A stretch of DNA of 64,000 nt. Origin: Lama guanicoe (lineage: Eukaryota). Positions 54,353 through 64,000 of this stretch are shown one piece after another; the first letter of the stretch is position 1; the number at the start of each line of letters is the position of its first letter. The notes under the pieces were generated by a model. It had not been told where the DNA came from. It was given only the letters and a program-made list of their open reading frames with translations, and made no database searches. The position numbers and the translations under genes are program-made. Location: positions 1,970,084-2,034,083 of the forward strand of contig MU056050.1 in NCBI GenBank assembly GCA_013239625.1, given 5' to 3'.

Positions 54353-56639
54353 AACACAGAGTACTGAGGTGGTTGGTAAGTGGCAGAGAGGAATAGAATC
54401 AGTCAAAATCAAACTGTGGAACAGATTCTTCCCATTGATGGCCATCCCTAAAGCCCTGCAGACTAATTTGTACCGTCTGTGACTCTGTAGCTGGAACCAG
54501 GCCAGATGGGGACATCTCTCAGTACTCGCAACGCTGCCTCGGGGATAAGGGATTTCCTTTGGGGCAAAGCAAAGGAGAAAGAATTGGCTTGATGCCCCCA
54601 AAAGTCAGGGAATATACACCAGTACATTTACTCATGCCACCACTGAGTGAAATTGTCTAGAAGGTCATGATCTCCTCTGATTTTTTTTATCTGAACTAGA
54701 TATGCTTGGGATAAAGCAGCACGGATATGATAACCTTGGCACTTGCTATCTTGAAGGAAAACACAACCTTTCTTCAAATGTAAAGTCTATTTTAATGTGG
54801 TTGAAAGTGGGAGAGTAGAAAAGTGGGTCCTGGAATCCTCACTTAGACAAGGGAAAATGTGGTGCCAGTTGAGCTCTCCCAGCCAGGATTTTTCTGAGTT
54901 CTTTTAATTAAGGATGATGTGTGGTTGGAAGTTTAGAGCATATCAGTTTGAGTGGATGGATTTTCTTCTGTTGATGTTGCTTGCCTAAGTCAGACCAAAA
55001 ATAGCAAAGGAAGGAGATATAGAAAAGGTTAAAAGAGAAATTTTGCTAATGTGATTTTCCAGCATTTCAGTCTCCATTCTCTCCAGAGCAAAGGTTAACT
55101 ATCTGATGCCACAAGCACAGACTCACTAGAAAGGAACCAGCTGAGGGCCACTAGGCAGTGCTGTCTTTTTCCTACCCTCTCCTCTGTATTCTGGGCTGAT
55201 CTTCCAGCATGCTGTCTCCAGCAGGCCCAAACCTGGGTGATGACCAAAAGCAAGTTTTCCTCTCTATCCCAGGGGGCCCTTGTTCCACCTGCATCACCTC
55301 CTCTTCTCGTTTCCTAGCCAAGCCCACTTTTGTGTGCCCTCATGGGATCACTAATCTTTTCTTTTTCCTCTCAGGTGAGGAAACTAAGGAACAGAGAGGC
55401 TAAATAATTTGCCCAAGGTCACACAGCCAGTGGATGGCTAAGCCAAGATTCTGATTCAGGTCTTCTAACTCTTGGCACTTCTCTAAGATGTCTTCCCAAC
55501 ATAAGCCTTTTTCTTTTAACTTTCACTGCTACATAATGATATTACATATGAAAATAATGACAGCCCTGTCTTTTTCAAATAGGTGGCAGAGGGGAAGAAT
55601 AAATCCATAGCAAGTGAATTAGAAATGCAGTAAAGCATGAGTTTCAGGCATCACGGTTAATGGTACCTTCCATTTAGTGCCTCCAATATTAACCTGTCAT
55701 TTTACCATCCTCTGATTTATAGTCAGGAATGAGCAAAACAAAGTCTTGAAAGTCCTGTTATAGATTACAGACTATTGGCGATGGATCAAGTAGTTTTAGT
55801 CCAACTACCTCATTTTGTGGATGAGGAAAGTGAGGCCAAGAAAGGAGAAGAGATTTGCCAAAGGTGATGCATCTCCCGAATGGCAGAAGCAAGATGAGAA
55901 TCTAGACTGCCAGATTCCCAGAGCAGGGTCTTCTCCACCGTGTTCTGTAAGATGACCAGCAGTGTTGTACTAAAGCAACATCACAAATTTTATGATGTTA
56001 CCATTTACTGGTAGCTTTTTTTCTCTGATTGTTTCATGTACATAAGTCACATTACCCCAACTGGATTTTTTACATGTTGGACTTTTTTTATGATTATAGA
56101 AGTTACAATGTAAAATTTATTCATGCTTATTGTAAAAAAAACAAAACATACAAACAAAAAAACCTTTAAAAACATAGATAAGAAAAATCATCCAAGTACA
56201 GTAAAAAAAAAAAATCACCCAAAATTGAGTTTTGAGTTTTACTATATGTACCAATTTGTATCCTTCCTTTTTATTTTATATTATATAGGGTACATTTTTC
56301 TGGACCTCTTAAATGTTCTTTGAGAATTTGATTTTTTGAATGTCTATAAATTACCGTATCACATAGTGTCATTTTATGACATATAGATGCCATGATTTAT
56401 ATAACCGTTACCCAGTTTTATGCATTTCGGTGGATTCCCAATTCACTGAGGTTTATAAGTATGCCACAACCTCCTGTAATATCTGCATCCTAGGAAATAT
56501 TTAATAAATACTTGCTGACTGATTAGTTGCCTTGACCTTTCTGGAATGATCATTATTCTTCCACCAGATAGGGCAACCAAAGTGAGAACTTGACCATCCA
56601 GCCTCTTTAAGGTACATGTTATATAACTCAAGACAGGCA

Positions 56640-57145
56640 ATACAGCATTGGTGGTTATGCTCAGAAGTCAGACTTTCTGGCCGCAAAGCCTGGATCCATC
56701 ACTTTCTAGTGATATAGCAAAAGGTGAGGAACTTAACCCCGCCACGCCTCAGTTATTCTCTCTGACAAATGGGGAAAATGGTAGTGCCCACCTCATAAGG
56801 TTGTGGTAAAAATTAAATGATAAAATATGTGGAAAGTGCTTGGTGTATAGTGAGCACTCAACAAATATGAGTTGCCATTATTCACATCATAAAATATAAA
56901 ATATCATATATTCTATTCCTTGTCAAGGGAATAAAGCACCCGACTTGGAGTAAGAATACCTGGCTTCTCATTCCCTCTCTGCTATTTTCAGACCCAATAA
57001 CCTTGCATGAGTTCTTTTACTTGTCTTAGTTTCTTCATCTGCAAAATGGGAATAATAATGCCTGAGCTATGTATTTATGGGGATTTTATGAAGATCAAAT
57101 GAGAGAATGAATGTGAAGGTGCTTTGAACACTGTGAAGTATGATT
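56640..57145 (+). mobile_element. Two adjacent MIR SINEs
   Basis: Two MIR cores near 56730 and 57020. Confidence 0.65.
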
Positions 57146-58390
57146 GCTAGGGATGTAAAATTAGATGTAAAGTGTGGTTGTCGTCAGCAGGATTAGAGAT
57201 GCAGAAGGTGCAGGAGACTAGGCTGAATAGCCTGAGCCTAGAAAGAGTTTCTGAAATTGTACCCCTAATGTGGGAAATAGCGGCTGTTGTAGAGAGAAGG
57301 GAACTTATAGACCATCTCACCCAACATCTTAATGTTATAATAAGAAAAGATTCAGAGAGGAGAGAGCTTGAGGTCACAGAGCCAGTCAGAGAAATGGGAT
57401 GAGAACTCAGGACTCCTGATTTCCTGAGCAGAGTCCTAAAGCAGTCACTGTAGCTCCTGATTTATTGACCTTTGTCTAAAAAGTAAGGAAAAAAATCCAG
57501 TTATCTGTGGAATTTCTGTAGGTAGGACCTGATTAATTGGCATTTTATTGCAAGGACAAACCACATATAACATAGCTCTACTGTATTTTTAAGTGCCAGC
57601 TTTATCCCAGGTAAGGGAGAGTAAGGGGGCCAGAAAGTGATGGGAGAAGGGGGGGTCTCAGTCAGGTGGGTGTGTGCCCTCAGACTTGGCCAGATTCCCA
57701 AGGGACTTGCGTTGTCCCCAGAATGACCGCTACAGCAGATGGCCTTTCTTTGACTGTTAATATTTATCTTTGCAGTCAGTCCTCAGTTGTGTTTTTGGAA
57801 AACTTGGTAAAGCAGATGAAATTGCCAGTTGCTTGAAAATACAATTGCCAATTGTTTGAATGAAGTAAATTGATTACAGCCAGAGGACGATTCATTTCGC
57901 CCTGGCATGCATACAGCCGATGTCAGGCAAGAGCTGTGGCACTGATGGCAGCTCAGATATCGCTGCATCCCCTGAATTATATCCCTCCAGGTACTCGGTA
58001 AATACGTGTTGGATACTTTCATCTTTACGCTATTTTAACTGAGATGAGAGCACATAAACACTTCCATCTGACAACCTTTTCAAGTTCAACACTGCAGAAG
58101 GTTATTTTAAAAAGAAACAAGAAAGGAGTTTTTCAAGAGCAGGCTCCAAAGGTGACTAAAAATGCCATCCAACAAGGCAGTCCGTTAAGAAATGTAGTGT
58201 GAAATGTGTTAATACGATAAACCCAAATGAGGTCTCACTATTCTTAGCTGCAGAATTTTGGCTGCCTTCCCCAGCTGCCGCCGTGGCCCGGACAGAGTCC
58301 ATCAAGGTTTGCCCCCGACCCTCATCCTGAAGTGCAGCCCATCCTCCCTACTTCCAGAGGCAGCCGACCCTCGCCTGGTCCTCCACACAG

Positions 58391-58563
58391 CTCCCACAGA
58401 GAGGGCCTCCCTGCCTTGGCCAGGAAGCACTGAGGGGAGGGAGGCGAAAGCTTCGAAAAGCCCTCTATCATGCCGCAGGGATCACTGGCTGCTGCAGGTA
58501 AAATGTTCACAGGCGAAGGCCAGCCCAAATCGGGCCTCTTGTGTCTGGAGGAAGTGGCCATAG
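58391..58563 (+). CDS. GRIA3: Putative alternative exon of a short GRIA3 isoform: (S)PTERASLPWPGSTEGREAKASKSPLSCRRDHWLLQVKCSQAKASPNRASCVWRKWP*
   Basis: Acceptor ctggtcctccacacag|CT, open frame in phase with the exon-2 donor, TAG at 58561-58563. The peptide resembles my recollection of the human short-isoform tail (PAERDYLPWPGS...DHGLLHLKCS...CIW). Confidence 0.5.
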
Positions 58564-60644
58564 TCTGAAATCAGCAAGATGGAGGGAAGGGTCAAATGAC
58601 CTTGCTCACCAAGCGAGGGGCACCCCCTGAAAACTGGAAAGGAACAAATTTCAGGCAAGTCAGAGGCAGGTCGACTTTACCCAATGGAAAGTAAACATAC
58701 GGGCACCCTTAGCCCAGAGTTGATGCCAGCTGAAACTAAGCATACAGTCAGAGAAGGTTCAATACGTTCATGCTGCTTAGGGACATCTTTCATCTCTGAG
58801 CTCAAAATCAGTGAGGATGACCAGGTTCTCTGCCAGCCACAGGGAAGTTACGGCCTCAGAATTGTCACTGTGTTTTCCAATTAAGCTAGGGGGATAAAAG
58901 GTGATATTTAGGGTTGGTGGGCTCAAAATGAGTTGCTAAAATCTCTGGTTTGTTCAGAGTTAAATTCTTCCACACGTATAAGGGAGGCAGTATGTTGTGG
59001 AAGAAAAGCCCTCACTCTTGCCCTGTCACTACTAACTATCGATATGATTGCACCTCTCTGGGCCTCCTCACCTTTTCCCATTTGGAAAATAAGGGCATTA
59101 GACTAGGTGACCCCTGAAGGTCTCTTCCAGCTTCAAATACATTTAATTCAGATGATACCACAAGGTTCCCTGGGGGAGTTTTGGAGGGGCTCAGCACCTT
59201 TCCTTGCCCTCCTTTGCTCAGGAGCTCAGGCCCCAGACTCCACCAAGATGTCTCACTCGGGACTGGCATTCACAGCAGAGGTCTATTCCCTGGAATTTAT
59301 ATATCTCCTGGTTTCCCCCACTTCTCAAACCCCCAGCTGCCTGGTAAGGAGATAGAACTGGTCCTTTCTAAGGCTTTGGTTTGGTTCAGTCCAGTAGGCA
59401 AGTTTGGGCTCCAAATATTAGAGACAATATTGCATGGGCTTTAAAGCTAGAGCTGACCTGGGTTAGAATTCTGGTTCTGCCGCTTCCAGCTGTGTGACTG
59501 TCAGCAAGGTACCTAAACCCTCTGTGAGTTGCAATACTACCTCCCTGCTAGAGTGACTGTCAGGATCAAATGAGAGAATTCACAGCAAATGCTCAGCACA
59601 ATGCCCAGCACATAGTAAGAGCTGCCACCAGTGAGCATACTTCTCCACTCTCTGCTAAACAGATGCTGAGCTAAAAATCAAAAGCAGTAAATCAATCAAT
59701 ATTGAGCTAATAATCAAGACCATAACTTTTAAGTGATGGCAAATTATTCGGCTTTTCAGAGCCCCCTCCCCCCAAATTTTGGTCCCTATAATGGCATGTT
59801 TACAATTCAACAGGGGCATTCTGAACTGGAGGTATGGGATGCTGGTGGAAAAATCCACTTTACAGTAAGGTAGACAAGGTAGATATTATGACTATCCCCA
59901 TTTCATAGTTAAAGAAACTGAGGCTCAGAGAACTTAAAGTGTTGCTCCCAGTCAGAGATAGGGGCAGGACCCAAATCTGTCTCCTAATCCTGTGCTCTAC
60001 CCGTTCACTGCACTATCTCCATTTACCTTGCATTGTAAAGGAATGAGCGGTTCCATCGGAGCTATTTTTCCAGATAATTGAAGTATACATCTTTCAGCAG
60101 TGCAAGTGCTACTTTTATTTTAACGATTTTTAAAGAAAAACTTTCTATAATGCATCCCACACCTCCATGCCTTATTATGCAGAGGATACAGATTACTGTG
60201 CTTTTAATCATCTATTTTCATAGCCTCCTATCTCTTCTCTCACTGTGAGGCTGACAGTGTTCAATACTTCCTAGGTGACTGAAGATAACACATTAGAAAT
60301 GGGGTGCTCCTAGAAGCAGGTGTACTGAAATGTGACCATTGACAGTGAGGGAACAGAATGCAAAATAACCAGCTATAAAGGTACAGCAGCCTGGGGCTAT
60401 TTAGTGCAGGGACCAGTGGGCCTAAGAGGCCACATAGTCTCATGGCCAACACAGCCAGCACTGGAACTGGAGCTCCCGATAAAGATCCAGAATCATCAAT
60501 ACAAAATTGTGTTGATTCTATTGTACTGGGGTACCGTGGGGAAAAGAGGATGGGAGAGGTCCATCCCAGCTGGGAGAAGTATTTCTTTTTCACTGACAGT
60601 GTTTAGAATTGCCTGTTCATAGTGATAAGAAAAGGTACTTTTAG

Positions 60645-60733
60645 GTGGTATGGGTGTGGCTCAGTGGTAGAGCGTGTGCTTAGCATGCATGAGGTCCTGG
60701 GTTCAATCCCCAGTACCTCTGTTAAAAAAAAAA
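60645..60733 (+). mobile_element. tRNA-Ala-derived SINE (Vic-1-like, camelid)
   Basis: A box tggctcagtgg, ttagcat loop, B box ggttcaatcc, A tail. TSD aagaaaa(t)ggtacttttag at 60627-60644 and 60734-60752 with one indel. Confidence 0.85.
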
Positions 60734-63700
60734 AAGAAAATGGTACTTTTAGACAATTCATTAGTCTTTAAATTCTCTACATATAATGCACCCTCTTATT
60801 GTTTGTATCCTGGGCAGACCACTCCCGCCACCCCCACCTTGGTGTGCCTCTGCTCTCCTGTGTTTAAAAAGACAGGCAGGGGGGTTTCCATTTTAGAAAG
60901 ATGCCCATTTCAAATGGCTCAAGAGTTGGTTGGTGTGTCTAAAGGGGCAAATCTTCACTTATCTGGAAAATGGATCCCATGTGAGATGCCTGGCAAATTA
61001 CTGTGTGGTTAGCCTGTCACTTTCCTTTCCACGTCTCACCTGTAATTTCAATTAAAAAAAAAAAAGCCCTAGAAGGAACCCCACTACAGACAGCCATCCT
61101 ATTGGCCTGCTGCAATTACTTGGATCTTTTCAGTTTCCAATCAGAATGGGTTCTGCTTTGCCTTCTCCATCTCTGTCTCCTCTGACCCGGCAAAGTTTCC
61201 CATCTTTCATTCTGTCACTTAGCTAATGGTGTGTATCCCTCTTGCATACATTCCAGAGTCACTGGCTTCTTTTGCTAGTGGAGTCGTCAGCGAGATGCTC
61301 GGCAGATGGCTCACTGGCTGCCGTTCTTGTCCCCTCACTGCAGCAATCTGTTGTTCTAAATCAAAATGTTAATGAAAAATAAAAGAACGCAGTGCCAATG
61401 TCTGTCTGATTTAAATTAATATAGAGTCATACCTTTTGAGGCAGATTTTACTGGCACAAGGTTCTCCGTACAAGCTACCCATGTTGGGTTTTTTCCCTCT
61501 CTCTCTAATTAAAATTAAGCACTTTCATTTATCTGAGTCTCTCTTGGTACCCCCAACCTGTTCTTTTTAATAACAACAAAGGCCTAACAGTCAATTCCAG
61601 CATTCCACGGAATGGCATCTCACCTGGCGGAAGATAATTTTGAGAGATATTATATGTGATGTCTAATTATAAACATGCTTTGATTAGATGCTGTTTTCAA
61701 TACTGGAATGACATGTTTACTAAATGCTTCGAGTGCAGCTCTAAGTTAGGCATGTAGTTATTGAAATCGCTTTCAATCCAGTTGTTTTAAAACTGCTGGC
61801 AAAATCATTGCTAATTTGCTACTTTATTTACAAGGGCCCTTCACTCTGTGTACTCAGTTCAGTATTCATTTCTGCTGCAGCAACAGGACCACTCCCCTCC
61901 TTGGAGAGAATGCATGTGTCTGCATGATTTAGCTATGCAAGACAAATTTTCAACTTCCATTTAGAGAAGAAGGGATCACGATGATGTTAACACATCTGGT
62001 TGACAGGAAATCACCTCAATATTGGAATTTGTCCCAATTTCTGGAAACCCAAAGAACAGGTGTTTCAAACAGCTGCAGGAGACTGCACCTTCATTTGTTC
62101 TTCCTATGACTCCCTTGCAGATACTGCTAGGAGGAGTCCTGGGAACAGTAAGAGTTCACATAGTGCCTCCTACATACCAGGCATCTTTCTAAATGATTTA
62201 TATTTACTCTTTCAATCATCAAAAAAACCTCCTATGATTTAGGTCTATTTCACAGGTGAGGAAATTGAGGCGTAGAGAAGTAAGTCGCCCAAGGCGACAC
62301 AACTAGTAAGTGACAGCTGGAGAGGAACACAGTCAGCCTGGCCCCCGAGCCTGAGCCTTCGCTTGTAAGCACAATATCATGCTATTCTGTGCTGGAAGAG
62401 CCACAAATTCCAGTCTCCTTGGAAGTAAGCTATTGTTTTCTTTCAGATCCGTAGGAGGTTTTCTTTGCTCAAACTGCTGTGCAACTTAGAATTAGGCTTC
62501 TACTTCAGTGGGGCTTGCTCCTTGCTAAATGCATGTGCTGTTTGCATGTGTCATTGTCGTTAAGACTGAGGTGAGTCAGGCAAATCAAGCCGAGGCAGCA
62601 GGCACGCAGGAGGAAAGCCTGGCTTCTCGGGTGGGAGACTGGGATGCTAGGCATTAGATCAGTCCTCTCAGCGCTGTGCACTAGTCCACCCAACAGCCCT
62701 CACAAGAAAAGGCCAAAAGCGGGTACAGCCCACAAAGCCCCCATCTGCACCAGTTGACCAGGTCAGGACTCTGCTGCGACACAGCTTGTGGTCACCCAGC
62801 TTCCGGCTCAGCTCGCCCCTCTACCTCTAGGCAGAACCATCACACAAAACCAAGCACCATTGAAGTCCAGCTTTTCCTCTGTTGCTCAGAAGCCGATTTG
62901 GCTGGAAAAGCAAACAATAATACCTGGTTCTCTCTAATTAAATACATGCATTCCAGGCCTAGGGATTTACGGGGGTATCAAGTCGTTCAAAAGAAAAAGC
63001 CCCTAGTGGGAAGGGATTGTGCAGAGACTGTGTAGAGAGTTGTTTCCCTTGCTAAGCCTCACCTTTGTAGTTGTATTTTTCTGGCCTTACCAGGGACAAG
63101 ATGAAAATATGAGCTTGGAAGAGGATATTACTAAACAGAAGGGTGTGTTAAAACTCTGGACTGGGAGCCAGGAGTCCTGGGTTCTAGCTCCAGCTCTGTC
63201 TCTAAGCAACCATGACCTCTCTGGGTCTCAGACCCTTTGTGAAATGAAACGGTTAGAGTGAATAGGCTATGAGGGCTTTTCCAACATTAAAGATTGTCCA
63301 TTTAATTATCCCCCCTCCTTTTTAATGAAAGATGATTCTCCCTAGACACAGAAGGATACTCAGAGGGTGATTTGACCAAATGATGCAGAGATTTGAGCTA
63401 TTTTGGGGTGTTTCTGAGCAACCAACTCAGACCACTGGAGTCAGAAAGTAGATTCCTTTTGGGCCTGATCTCTTTCAGTTGATATTGCTGGATAATTGCT
63501 CACTCCACTGACTCATCAAATCATAGGCTCATTGAACCTCTAGGATGGAAAGGACCTTAAAGTTCAGCTTTTCCCATCTCCCTCCAGGGCTCCCCTTTGT
63601 CCAAACACAGCCAGTCTAAGCATAGGACCAGTGCCAGCTTTGTACATCAGCAGAAGAGATGCTGCTTACCTGACCGGATATCACAAGTGCTGGCATGGGC

Positions 63701-64000
63701 CCTCTGGCCTTCACCCCCAAGTAGTTCTTCCTCCTGCTCACTGATGCCAAAAGCCCCTTTAACCGAGGGCCTAGACTTTTATTCTACACTGAAAATATAT
63801 AAGATACAAATCCCTTTGGAAGAGCTGGCACTATCTAAATTCATATCATGATGCACGTAACTCACATAGCAGATCCTATCATGAAAGCAGATTTCAGTAG
63901 TAAAGAGAACCGAAAGACACAGAATTCTTGAAGAGAGTGAAACAGATTTCAGTGGCAGGGAAAAGTTATATAGAACAGGAATGGAGGGAGGGGCGGAGAA

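Noticed and set aside
60650..60720. Functional tRNA-Ala gene
   Set aside because: Stem mismatches, an A tail and a TSD indicate a retroposed SINE.

Overview
Mammalian genomic DNA, probably camelid (inferred from a Vic-1-like tRNA-Ala SINE at ~60.6 kb). It contains the promoter/CpG island and first two coding exons of GRIA3 (AMPA receptor subunit GluA3, + strand, ATG at 40038). The window ends inside intron 2; the canonical next exon (FCSQFSRG...) was not seen. The upstream ~38 kb is intergenic and repeat-rich. It holds a young, internally deleted, 3'-truncated L1 with a same-family L1 nested antisense in its 5'UTR (16-bp TSD, spanning a 489-N gap), plus older L1/L2/MIR copies, MER-type DNA transposon fossils and LTR remnants. 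The most interesting signal is an in-frame alternative exon in intron 2 (58391-58563), with a possible further terminal exon at 60275. It would give a short GluA3 with signal peptide but no transmembrane segments, and it resembles my recollection of the human short GRIA3 isoform. Also notable are a 7-codon uORF, complementary CT/GA tracts around the core promoter and a perfect 16-bp-arm hairpin. I see no evidence for a wholly new biological system. Repeat family names come from recalled consensus sequences and old-repeat boundaries are approximate.
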